Positions 24,328-36,830 of a DNA stretch of 64,000 nt are shown one piece after another. A program made the translations under genes and the position numbers. Numbering within the stretch: position 1 is the stretch's first letter; each line of letters begins with the position of its first letter. The notes under the pieces are model-generated. The model did not search any database. It saw only the letters and a program-made list of their open reading frames with translations, and had not been told where the DNA came from. The stretch comes from Squalus acanthias (taxonomy: Eukaryota): positions 56,668,001 through 56,732,000 of the forward strand of contig CM059442.1 of assembly GCA_030390025.1 (NCBI GenBank). Reading direction: 5' to 3'.

Positions 24328-26749
24328 GTAAGTCTTGCCTTCCTCTTCCAATGCTCGATATGATTTCGAGTAGATTTTTTAGGCGAATCTGTGTTACATG
24401 TGGGGCCACCTTAGAGTTGTTGGAAATGTGTGTTTTTTTTAAAAAAACAATGATTTTTCAAAACCACGAGAGTTTCTTCAGTAAAAGACAGTCCTTTAAT
24501 TGAGAGGGGGGAGCTGAACTGCGAAAGAGATTGTAAGGATTCTAAAAGTTTGCTTAGAAGTTCTGCAAACTTACTTTTTTTTACATACAATGAAAGAATT
24601 TAGTATATAAATTGTGTTAACAATCAATGCAAATATTCCTTAACAATAATACTTAGGGTCAAGTGTCCATTATCCAGATCTCATTGACTGTAATCAGATG
24701 TTTCTGTGTAGTCCCCTCTTTTAGCAAATGTTAAGCGCATTCGAATAGTTTTTCCTCTAATGTGAGTCGGTCTTACTGCTTTTTTTGTGTGGAGAATCCG
24801 GACAGTGTAGGCAATTGAAAAAATATCGACCTGTGTTGAATAGAATGAAGTGAATGCCCGTTCGCTCGGAGCTTTTTGTTGTTTAGCATTAACCGAGCTG
24901 GTTTACTTGTCGTAGTATTGAGATTGGAGAAAAGCGGCGAGCTTTAGTTAAAATTGAGCCGTGTCCGTCACAAAACGTTCGAATTCAGTACATATCTGCA
25001 GCACCTAAACCGCACTTTGAAACGCGACCTCTAAAATCAGCATTTTAGAAAGCAGAGACTGTGCAGACAGGCTGTTAGGGCTGAGCTTAAGGGCTTCTCT
25101 GGAACCAGCTGCTTTCCTTTGGAGTTTTTGTTGTTGTTCGAATCTTACTTATTTTGCGGGCGAGCGACGCGTTTTCCTGTTACCTGGACCTAAACTGGTG
25201 TTGTTTCGAGGGTTGGTTAGGAAGTGGCATTCGAGCGTTTTATTCTGGTTTGGAGACTAGTTCCCTTCAGTGCCTTCAATGCGTGCCAGTTCCTCGTTCC
25301 TTTTTTTTAAATTAAAAAATCTCCGAATATCTACAAATGTAGAGCGGTTCGAAGCAGAGAGCGAGAGAGAGAGAGAAAATAAATGGTTGAGACTATTGCC
25401 AGGTCGAAGAGAGAGATTGTACAGATAGTCTGAAAGTGGAGGTCTCAGCAAGATTCAAGGCGGCCCCCTAAAGCTAAGCAAGCAATTGAAATAGAAAGGA
25501 ACTTAAAACCGAACTAAGTTGCAAACAACTCTCTTTGGTAAAAGCGAGCGAATATTCCGTATCTAAAGACGTATTAACGTTGTTCTAATTCCCCACTAAA
25601 AGGGTGTCCTTTTTGTATGTAAATACACACGCATTGATCACAAATAAATGCAGACAGCAATCTTTAGTGCACTTAACGCTTCGGTGGTTGGATATTCTTT
25701 GTGGTACAGAGTTTGGGCGAGGTTTGCAAAGAATGGGAATTCGTGTATTTTAGAGTATGTGTCATATGTTGTCGGTTGCCTATTCTCAAGCGACTTATTT
25801 ATTTTTGAAAGTTCATGCTGATAGTAATAAACCGTGCACATTTCCCCCAAAACACACAAGGCAGAAACAGGCAGAAATCTTGACATTACAAAGCCAGATA
25901 AAAGGTGGTGTTGGGGTTGGGGGGGGGGGGGTGGGGGGGGGGGCGGGTTAAGGGTGCACGCCAGCTGGTTAAATGAATTGTAAATGTTTCTCGAGGAAGC
26001 TGTGCCTCGCTGACTATTTTTTCCCTCAAGCATGCAAATTGTCTGACATTCACACTTGTTAGGGTTGATTAGAATTGCGCAGATTGCAAATTCACCTTTG
26101 TGTGAAAAAGGACTGGTGGAGCAGGGCGTAGAAAGCGCTAAATATGACGCTTGTGAAACCACATATATTTAATTGTATGGGTATATATATATATATATAT
26201 CTATATATAAAATGGCAAAATGATTTGTGGGCAGTTCGAAATCCCCTGAAGTCCAAGGAGCAATGACATAGCCACCTTGAATATGAATCATTGCTAATAT
26301 TTCTAAGCGCAGTCCTTAATTCATTTCAGCACATTTACTAAGGTTTTAGACCGTTAACTGTTTACATTTTGACCTTGGCTGTTTTGTGACTGTGTTTATA
26401 AGCTGGCGCTCTTTTGAAGTAATCTTCTATCTTATTGTCAAACGCAGATGACCTGTTTTTTTTTAAAAAAAGTTTCATTTCCCCCTGTATTATCCCCCAC
26501 CCCGATCTGTTCATTGGCAGCGATTTAACGTCGTTATCAGCGATTCCGCTTCCCCCTCCACCGTTCTGTGAAAAGTAAAAGTTTTAGTTTCCCTGCGTAG
26601 ATTTAAAGTATTTTTCGCTGGCACAGCATAGGTTGACTGCTGCATGTTTTCTAATGGAGGAATGGGGCTTTAGTTCAATCCCTGTAGGCAGAGCTGAAAC
26701 ATTTTTTTAAATTCCCCCCCCCCCCCCCCCCCCCCAGTTTAAAACACGT

Positions 26750-26842
26750 CCCTCTACATTACAGCCTCAAAAAGTGCTTCGCTGGCTGTAAAGCGCGTTG
26801 GGACGTCCCGAGGTCGTGAACGGCGCTATAGAAATGCATGTC
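26750..26842 (+). mobile_element. Deu-domain SINE 3' tail fragment
   Basis: ctacattacag...gctgtaaagcg...gggacgtcccgaggtcgtgaacggcgctatagaaatgca matches the tails of the full copies at 54143 and 60671. Confidence 0.75.
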
Positions 26843-29132
26843 CTCTCCCGCTCGCCGAGTTCGCAAAACCTCTGACGGGCTTCGGGCTGGAGACGGCCGC
26901 TTAAAAGGAAAGGTCTTTGAATGCATTTTCCTTGAGCCAGCTAAGTGGCGAGGCTGCCTGGTGTACGAGTGATACCGGAGGAATCAGGCTTCAATTCAAA
27001 CCCTGTGTGCTCACAGGCAGAGCTGAAACCTTTTTGATTCCCAGTTCCCCTCCTTGTTCACTACCGTTCAATATTAGAAGAGGTTGCTCGGCAAGTCCTC
27101 CTCCAATACTGCAGCTGGTAGTTAAAGTGTTAATATCCAGTGCTATTTCTTAGACACAGTAAATTGTTCCCATTGTAGGAGTGCGCCTGTCTTACAGTGT
27201 TACAGGATAGGGCGCTTTCTGCTATTCTGTATTTTATTCATACAGTTGAGTAAGATTGACTTTAAGTTTTAACTTTAATAATTACTGTGAATAGCAGGTT
27301 CCGCTGTCCATGTGTCCCCTCGCATTACCTTAATGGCTTTTTAAATGTTAAATTATGGACAGTGGTTTTAAGTTACGATTAAAGACTTCGGCAGGCTTGC
27401 AATCGGAAGGTGGCTGTACATTAACATTGAGAATACTTGGTCGTATGCCTCTGAAGTAGCACTAGCTATCGAGGATAGACGTCTATAATTAACCACAACA
27501 GTTTTTGGGGCGATTCTATTAAAATACATGCAGGGGTTATAAGTGGAATACTGAAAGTAAGGCATATTAATGTGACCATGGGAAGAACTGTATGGAGTAA
27601 AACAAGGAAGTGTAAAAACCCTATTAATGAGGCGACATGAAATGTAAGGGCAGAAGTGTTAATGTCGGAAGATCTAGCAGGTTACTTAGACTGGGTTTGG
27701 CTATTTGTAGATGTGCTGCCGAGGTAGAAGGGTTGGATCTTAGATTTAGAAGCACTGTTACAAATACTCTTGTTTTTAAAGTGGCGTTTTAAAAAAGTCT
27801 AACACTTGGGGAAAGGACAGCTCAGACACTGCTGGAAACCTTCATGTGATACTCCACATTCCCAGAACCGAGCCCCGCCAGTGTCCTTGGAAAGTACAGC
27901 ATTAACGCTCTTTTTCGCCACATCCACTAAACATTCACAAACTGAATCAACATATCGCGCAAATCTTGACTATGTGAAGAGAAAGCTTAGCAAAGAGAGT
28001 GCGTTTTAAACCCCGCTGTTTCAGGGCACTGTGTGGTACTACTCCCTTCCCTGATTTATTTCGCCGTAATGAAGTCTAGCCATTTTAAAAATTAAACACT
28101 GGTTCATCTTTTTAATTCCGTGTCCTCTTAACCTGCTCAAATTCTCACCAGTTCTGGACTTAAAAGTTCAACCTGAAAAAAAAAGAAGCGAGGCTTCGAT
28201 CTTGACGTCGCTGCGCAGAAACCCGGAGCCCGGTTCATTGTCTTTTGTACATTTGACTCTAATTGGGTGAGAGGGAGGTTTATACAGGGTCCGCCGCCGT
28301 CTTTTCCGGGTGTACCGTTCGGCCAACGACCGCACCTGGAGCCAGGTAAACTCTGCAAAGTTGCTCCTTAAGTTATGCCAACACGGGACTGACTGACTGC
28401 CAAGGATATGAGCGGTCTTTTTTCCCCCCTCCTGGCCAGACCGGGGATTCTGTCAGATCAGTGCAGTTTTGGAGACTTTAATAAGGTCGGGATTTGAATC
28501 TGCAGAAAGTAGAGAGAGGCGGAATGACTACAGGCCACGAAACCCACTAGAAACATCAGATAACAGACCAGGATTTTCAAAACTGTGTCGCCAAGAAATG
28601 ACATGATTACGGACACTGTCACCTTTTAGTTTGCCCTTATCCACTTCTTTGTTTTTTGGCGCCCGTGCTTGCTTGAAAGCCGCGATTGCGCCTGTTTGGT
28701 CGGTGATTTATCGGGACACTAGACAGCGTGCTGCAGTCTTTGATCGCTGGCTTCAACTTAGCACGGACTGATCCAGTGCCCGAAAGGAAAAAAAAAAGTT
28801 GAATACGCCGAGGACTAGGTATGATAAATGAGTCAGATGGTTCTGAATTACAGCCTACCGCTTCCAAAAATGGAAGTGATTTGGCGCAGGTTTAACCCTA
28901 TAATGCGAGGGATCAAGCTGGGTGCATTTTAATTGAAGAAAGAGGTCGCCGATATGTTTCATTCCCTAGTCCCATCTTTGCTGTAGTCAGGGTTCAGACT
29001 CTTGTTCTTGCGGCTTCTGAACTCCAAACGTCAAAGTTTCCGCCGAACAGGCATTTGAAGATGAATATTTCCAGAGCTGTGGACCGTTGGAGCCCCAAAT
29101 ATAGTGTTCAATCCTCGAGGACCCCAGAACAG

Positions 29133-29284
29133 AGATGCATTTAAGCGGAAGCTAGATAAGTACACGAGGGAGAAAGGAATAGAAGGCTATGCTGATGGGG
29201 TGAGATGAAGAGGGGTGGGAGGATCCCAAACACCAGCATGGATCAGTTGGGCCGAAGGACCTCTTTCTGTGCTGTGCATTCTAT
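29133..29284 (+). mobile_element. CR1 LINE 3' end fragment
   Basis: gcatttaagcggaagctagataagtac...gttgggccgaagg...tgtgctg; same family as 41538, 48076 and 55620. Confidence 0.8.
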
Positions 29285-30729
29285 CTACGCGGGGAATGTG
29301 TCGAAAGAGTTAACATTTGAAGGGGAGTGTAATGGCCAGCGGAGTTGAAAGGACGGGGAAGAGATACCGGTCACCAAACAGTCACAAACAGAATTCGAGC
29401 AGCCTGTCACGGCTAGGAGGGGAATGTTCAGCTAAGGATATATAAAAAAAAACAGTTTTAAGCACTGATACCAAAAGAGATCTGAAACCCCAGACACCAA
29501 ACAGGAGCCTGGCCGCTCCCTCCGAATTCAATCCCAGTGTCCTGTTCCACAATATCCGTTTCGCAACCGTCTTAACGTCTACTTTCCACGTCAGTCTTCA
29601 CACACACACACACAAAGTTCAAGATTTAAAAAAAAAGTTCCATGTTTACATTTCTTTTATTTTCCTTCCACTGGAGGTTTAGTCTAGACTTTTCCTCACC
29701 CGGTTTATACGCATTCAATAAGTAGATGTAATCATACTTTGAACGGGCCCTGGTTTATTGATTCCTCTCCCCACCACCACAGGCTCATTCCGTCTCTCAC
29801 TGAAGGGTAAAGGGCGAGGAATGCTGATTTATGCCGTGTGACCCATTCTCGAGGCATTCCCTTGCCTTGGGTTGGATCCTTTGGCAGTCTATAATTCCCC
29901 CCCCCCCAAAAAAAAATTCTGTAAAAAGGTTTCCTTGTGTCGGGAGGGGGGGGGGGGGGGGTGGCATAGCTAATTTTAAATAATCTCCGGTTCGACTGTA
30001 ACCTCAAAAAGCATTACGTGGCGCTTCAAAATGTGCAGTTTTAATTTCTGGTACACTGATTGCGGCAGGTTAACTGCGTTTTCACACTCCCGTAGCGCAT
30101 TAAAGTTGTGGGGTAATTTCTAACTGGAGCTTCTTTTAAAAAAAAAACCCAATACCGTTTTCAACCATCGAAAAACAATTGGGAATTTGCCATATTTCAA
30201 CCGGAGTGTCCCTGTCAATTTCGCGTCAGTGTCACCCTGTATATTTACATCGACCAATCCGCGCACTGGGCTGATTTGTACGGTGGAGTAAGCAAATAGG
30301 TCAGTGCCCTTACACTTTCAACCAGAGTGTCAGGGAAATCTAACAATGCGAATTACATTTATAGATCCGCCTTAGGGGGTCCTTTTAATGACAAAGGCCG
30401 TACATTTTTATCTTTTTTAAAATTTAAATATAAAAAAAATCGAGGAACCAAGGTGAATGAACTAGACCCCAGTGCAGGATCCCATCAAGTTTATACATAA
30501 AGGACAAGGTGAATCAGGAAGTTCCCCCTGATGGGGGTGACTCCAGGTTTGGCGTTTTAAAAGCGTGAAGATTATAGTAGGATGAAAAAGCTGACGGTCT
30601 AAGGAGATAAATGTAGTTTTGAGATCCTTGTGGGTACTTGAGAGAGCAAGCATCTCAATGTTTAGTTTATCCCACTTAAAACGTTTAAAAGTCGAATTGC
30701 CTCATTCCAAACGGACGGGTCCTTGTGCA

Positions 30730-30991
30730 TTTTACAAATGGAAGTTGTTGTGATCCCGGAACGCGCTGCCTGAAAGGGCGGTGGAAGCAGATTCAGCAGT
30801 AACTTTCAAAGGGGAATTGGATGAATGCTTGAAGGGGAAACATTTGCAGGAGCTATGGGGGAAAGAGCAGGCGGTTGGGGTGGGGGGGGGGTGGGGGGGT
30901 GGGGAGGCAGTGGGATTAATTGGGAGACCTCTTTCCAAGAGCCGGCACAGGCTCGACGGGCCGAATGGCCTCCTTCTGCGCTGTATCATTC
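30730..30991 (+). mobile_element. CR1 LINE 3' end fragment with internal G-tract
   Basis: Encodes EADSAVTFKGELDECLK (CR1 ORF2 C-terminus) and ends gggccgaatggcctccttctgcgctgtatcattc. Confidence 0.8.
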
Positions 30992-31879
30992 GAGCAAAGC
31001 AGGACATTTCCCCGTCTGCACATTTCAGTGAAGCCCCGGAGAGGGGTCGGGCGATACAGTTACTGGAAAATATCGAGAGTGAAAATGTCTTTAGCTGGTG
31101 TGCATTTGCTGTTGTAGATTTCCAAATGCAGTTTTTGGCAGGCTAACCCCCTCCACCCCCGCGCCCCCCTCCCCCGCAAAAAATAAAGATCATGTTTAGA
31201 TTTAACTTCCCCCCCCCAAAAAAATTGAGGCAATTATTGCTGGTAATTTCTCAAGCAGAGCATTGTGGCTAGCAGCGATTAGCAGGAACTTGCTTGTGTA
31301 GTACAGTGCAGCACTTAATAGCAGCTGCACTGTGGTGAGTGGGTGGGGAGTTAGCCTCAGATGTTTTTTGCCCATTAGTTCGGAAGCATTAGCAAAATTG
31401 CTGTTGTTTTGGAAGAGTTTCTTTCGAGTGAGCCCGCCGAACAACTTATTGTCCGCGCAACGTTCCTAGATAAATAATTGACTAGGAATGATAAGAGTAA
31501 AAGAGTACTTTGTTTCTCCACCGCCCCCCACCCCCCCACCCCCCACCCTTTTTTTGTATGTCGGGCATAATGTCCCGAAGCAACGATTGAATGCTCTTGG
31601 AGAACACTCGGGTTTTGTTACAGAACACACTGCAAAACCAATGTCTTTCTGTGTCTACAAGCAGCGGCCAAGTCATAAGTTCCAAGGGCGCTTTGTCTTG
31701 AAGCTTACAGGAATCCCCCTTTCCACGGATCCTGTAGCTCATGTCAGATACTAGATTCAGAAGCATTCATCCATAGACGGCGAGGCCACCAGCGCAATGG
31801 AAGGAACAAGATATTCAAACTAGGGGGAATTATTTGTGTTGTCAAGCCTCTTGTGTCAGCCCCCCCCCCCCCCACTTGC

Positions 31880-32100
31880 TTTGCCCCACCATCGGCGGCC
31901 CTGCCGGCTGGGCTGTAAGCTCTGGAATTCCTTCCCTAAACCTCTCCCTTTCCTCCTTTAAGTCGCTCCTTAAACCCCACCTCTTTGACCAAGCTTTGGT
32001 CACCTGCCCTAATATCTCCTTATGTGGCTCGGTGTCAAATTTTGACTTATTATGCTCATGTGAGGATTTCTTTTCTACCACATTAAAGGCGAGTTGTTGT
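31880..32100 (+). mobile_element. L2-clade LINE 3' end fragment
   Basis: TIGG...SFKSLLKPHLFDQA C-terminal motif plus a ...ttaaaggcg...gttgttgt tail. Confidence 0.8.
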
Positions 32101-34171
32101 CCTGTAGAGTTCTTGTAGGTCTGACTTCAGAAACAGGGGGGACTAGTCACACCCGCACCCACCCTCACGCCTCCTTTGCAACTTACAGTGCAGTACTTGA
32201 AACTGATGAGCCTGCATTTCACTGTTGCGCTATTGCTAGTTGTGTCTGGATAAGCAAGTTTTGGTGGTGTTTTTACCCGTTATGACAAAGTGCCAGTGGG
32301 AGAGAAATTGAATGTCAAGTCTTGTTAAGTATTCATCCACATTTACAGCGGAGTTTCTATGGAAACGCATTATCGTGTACTTCCGAGAAGACCCTCGGCA
32401 GCAGAGTGTTAATGGGAAAAAAAACTGGAAGATCTCTGTAAATAACTAAGAGCCTTGGTATGTAGGGCCAAATGAGTAAGCAGAAAGGTGTAGTACAATT
32501 CGCCCCAGTCTCTGTATACCAGAGAGGTTACCTCGAATAAAGGAAGGTGTGTGTGTGTTGGGTACAAATGGATAGATAGTATTAAGAGGGACCTATAGCT
32601 ATCGGAGCGAAAGTGCTTTCAATAGGGTTCTATATAGAAAGGAGTGGGTGTTGTTGGCTCGGGCTAGTCGTGAATTGAGGTTTCCTGCACTATTTTGGAC
32701 TCTTGTGAATGTCACTATTCAGATACTTTGTTTATATACTCCGACCTGTAGTAAGGACCACCGGCTTTTTTTTTTGAAATATAAAAAAAAACAATTACTC
32801 CACTATCTTTCCAAAGGCGACTTTTTTAGTGCTTTTTTTTTCCTTCCATGGGTCACACTGCTGGTCAACCGACGACTGTGGGCTGGCTTCATTCACTGGG
32901 AAACCGCTCGGAACGCCAGACATTTCCTTTGCGTTTGGGGTTGGCGGGAACCGGGGTGCCTCCGAGCCGTGTTAGCTGCCAGAGTATGCAGCTTGTCAAC
33001 ATTTGCATGCTTGGGGTTTTGCTTATCATTTTAATTAAAGTTTTTTTTGGTTTGTTGCTGGGACCGGGACTGCTTGAGGTACAGAATAAACCCAACACTG
33101 ACGGGAAGGGGTTGGCATTCTGCAATTTTTTTGGACCTGCCGATCCAAACTTGGCAATCTTTGCTGTACTTCGCCAGATATTAATAATCCCTTTCATTGA
33201 CTTAAAAGGTAATGTTGTGCTTTAGTGAAACGTGAAGCGCCGGGTTTACTGTGCTGTGCTGGGTGTAAGTTAACACTGCCCGCCTATAATGCAGACAGTA
33301 AAGTATATTAAAGACGTGTTTTGTCAGTGTTTTAGTGGTTATGGTACCGTTTACATCGGGTACCCACAACATTAATTAAAGCAATGCACACTAACTATCT
33401 GAATTGTCAAACAGTGATAGTCTTTGCAGGCTTGATGCTGAAAATTGCTCTGTATAGTCTTTACCATGGCTCTGACTTTGTGTCTTGATCTTAAAAATCC
33501 CATCTGCAATAGATTTTTGCTTTTAATCTTGGACCATATAATATTCCCTTTCGCCCGTTTTAAGACGTTCGCGCGTCTTTATTCCTGCTGAATTCACCCC
33601 TTAAGACCCACATCCCTTCTTTTAACTAACATCTTGACACGTTGAAGTCCGCGCATTTAACAGGACAGTTATTTAAACGGTTTTGATGTACTTGAATTTG
33701 CTCCATCCTTACTTGACGATCTTGTTGCGGTGTATCGCGCTGTGGATGGAGCGGGTTCTGGGTGAGCATTTCTCAGCACACCAGCAGTTTTTTTTTTAAA
33801 AAAACGACCAAAGTCCATGGCAGTAAAATAGGAGATGTTGTGATTTTAATCCTGGGAAACGACATCTCTCGAGCATTGTGTGCAAGTTGTCTAATCGCCT
33901 CCCTCCACCCGCAACAGCCACTACCACCCACTGCAGCCAGCAGACGGGAGAGACCGAATGGCACTTTCCTTTAATGCTTTGGTAAAGAAAGGATTTCGCC
34001 ACTTGCTGAACGACACAGCTCGTTCTGTGAAGTACGAGAGTTTCTTTTTTTTAAGAAAATACACGCGTGGCTTTGTGTTAGCAATCCGAGAAATCCAACA
34101 AGACCATTTCGAAGAGCTGATTGTCCTGAATCTTTTGGTAGGTGTTTATATTTTTTCTAACCAAGAAAGAC

Positions 34172-34173
<2 letters not shown>

Positions 34174-34203
<30 letters not shown>
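34174..34203. repeat. (GT)15 microsatellite
   Basis: Direct read. Confidence 0.95.
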
Positions 34204-34206
<3 letters not shown>

Positions 34207-36577
34207 GGGTTAAAGTAGTGGAAGCTGCCAGATTGCAGTTGTAAAATATTTATTGTTGTTAACTAACTCTCTGGGAAAGGAGAGGCCAGAACACAAACTG
34301 CAGCTGTGCGGATATACTGCCTAGATTGCAATATATAATTGTTAATTGTACTTGTTAAAGGCTAAGCGAGGCACATTCTGCCACAACAGTGCTGCAATGC
34401 AGCATGCAAAAGTCAGAACTCTCAATCATGGTCGACCAACCAAAAGCTGCCCGTCTCCCAAACTTAACTCAGATTCATTCAGTTTTCATTGATTTTAAGG
34501 TGAGATTTTGATGATCAGTTTGCCCTGGTTTTGTCCCCTTCGGTTTTACCAGCTCTTTGGGATAAGGAAGCAAAAAATCTCCCTCCCCCCCACCACAAAA
34601 AAAACACCAACCCACCAATGTGCAGATACCGCACTCCACTATCCAGAGAGCACTTTGTGCCTCTTGCCCTACCTGGCTGCTCAAACAGTCCTTAAGACGG
34701 ATGGAAGATGTCTCTTTTTGTTAAGCTCATGCCAAAAAAAATAATGTTCTAAATACATATTAGCAGTGGTGTGTTAATAGCAAATGGGTTATAGGATAAC
34801 ACCGTTGTAGCACCGATGGGAGATGGAAGCATTTCTTTTGACAGCCCTGTGTAGATGTTATGAAGTCTGGTTATATATTTAAGAGCATTTTGCCAACTGT
34901 AGAATTTTATAATTTTATGTACATACAATAATAATGGCGAGGGGGAGTAAAATGAGTCTTTAAAGTCTCTCTCGGAGTCTCCATGGTGCATACACTTCCA
35001 CAGCAGCCCACTCTGGGCTTTTGTGTTATCAGTTCAAATGACTGAGTCTGGCTGACTGCTGGTGGCTCTCCCCTTGGTCCAGGTTTGCTTTTAAAGAGAC
35101 ACAAGGCAGATTCCAGCCTGACAGCCCCATCACTTCATTACAGTCCTCAGCCCCCTGCGCTCAAATCCCTCGTCGCAATTTCTTTAAGCCTCTCCGTTCA
35201 CCCCCCTCCCCCTCTACTCCTTTGACCGGAGTTACAGAAGAAGGAGAAAAAAAGATGAATAATGCATAAATCTGTTTGAAATGCGTGCCAATCCATAACT
35301 TGGAAAGGCAAAAGCGCTGAGGGTTCTTTTTTTTTTGGGCCTTTTATTTGCTGGGAGTCAGCAGATTGCCTTATCTCTTTGGTGCATTGCTTTAGAGAGG
35401 GGAGAGGGACCCATCTGTCTGGGCACTTTGAATATGGTGGGCTATTTAAGTGGATGAGTGTTTCTTTTTATTGGAGGGGGAGGGATAGGGTCTATGCCAC
35501 CAGGTCCAACGGTATAGATTCCTACACATTTCAACCGTCAACCCAGATTAAGTAGGAATCAATACACTATCTACCCACCCCAGCCTGTTTTACCTGGTGC
35601 AGTATTGGTCTGGAAGTTTAACCCATTTCACATCAAACTTAATGAAAACCACGGTAATACCCTTCCTCTCGACTTCAAGTTACATTTAGAAATAAGTTGC
35701 AGGCCGATCGATAGAAGACACATTGGATGTGCTTTTTCTTTTAATGAACCATCTACACAAATCGACCTAAAAACCGACCGTGTGCCTTCATGTTTCCTGC
35801 AGCAGGGTTTCATGTGGTGGAGATTCTGCTGAAGTTGAGCTGACAACGGCCAACTGCTAAAAACCTGGACTGCTCCTTAATTCTAAATCTGTATACCTGG
35901 CAATATTTGTAAAGGTTATATGTTTCATGGATTCCTTTATGGAGGGAGGGTCAGAGCAGTATTCTTTATCTAGCTGTCCAGTTAGTTTCAGTTCAGTTAT
36001 AGTTCAGCTACAAGTCTCAGAACAAGGTATGTGCATGGCAACAGACTGGAGTTATACAGCCAACTGCAGGCAGCACTGAGGTCGGTCATAAATTGAGCTA
36101 CATACAGAACTCTGCTCCCCACCTGGCTACTTTATAATGTTGTAAGTGTAAGTATCTACTAACATTGAGAAGGAAGCTTAGAAGTTGCCCAAGAGGTGCC
36201 TGGGTACTCTTAAAATGTAAATTCATATCGGGCTGGAGTTATACCGCATCTGCTGTGAACTCAAAGCAGTGTGAGGTGGCCTCCCACAGAGGTGCTCATA
36301 CCACTTGGGTTTAGGTGCTGGGTGGGGGTCAGGCTGGGAACAGACTTCCTGACTTATGCTGTCACTTTAATGTCGATGTACACCCAAAACCACCTGGCAT
36401 TAAGATAAGTGACAGTATGACTGCTTTCTAGATGAACCTTCTTGGAAATGCTAAAGTGTAACCGGATTGATTGGCATTGTTTGAAATTCAAGTTTTGCAT
36501 TTAAAAAAACTTGTATTGATCTTTGATCTCTGAATTAGCTCAGAGTATAACTGAATTTGAAAAAATTGATTTTCTGG

Positions 36578-36830
36578 TTGTGGGCGTCACTGGCAAGGCC
36601 AGCATTTGTTACCCATCCCTAGTTGCCCTTGAGAAGCTGGTGGCGGGCCTTCTTCTTGAACCGCTGCAGTCCGTGTGATGAAGGTACTCCCACAGTGCTG
36701 TTCGGGAGGGAGTTCCAGGATTTTGGCCCAGGGACAGTGAAGGGACAACGATATATGTCCAAGTCTGACCTGGAGGGGAACTGTCCTTTCCCTTCTAGGT
36801 GGTGGAGGTCGTGGGTTTGGGTGGTGCTGT
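36578..36830 (-). mobile_element. Non-LTR retrotransposon 3' end (same family as 55975-56555)
   Basis: Reverse complement matches 56280-56535 (ggaactccct...cagcactgtgggagtaccttca...ttctcaagggcaactag). Confidence 0.8.

Noticed and set aside
24328-24503. Extension of the TNRC18 ORF to 125 aa
   Set aside because: Read-through past the GTAAGT donor into intron; similarity and GC content stop at 24327.
30196-30331. Direct repeat tttcaacc(g/a)gagtgtc, 120 bp apart
   Set aside because: It could be a decayed element, but I could not establish termini or a second copy.
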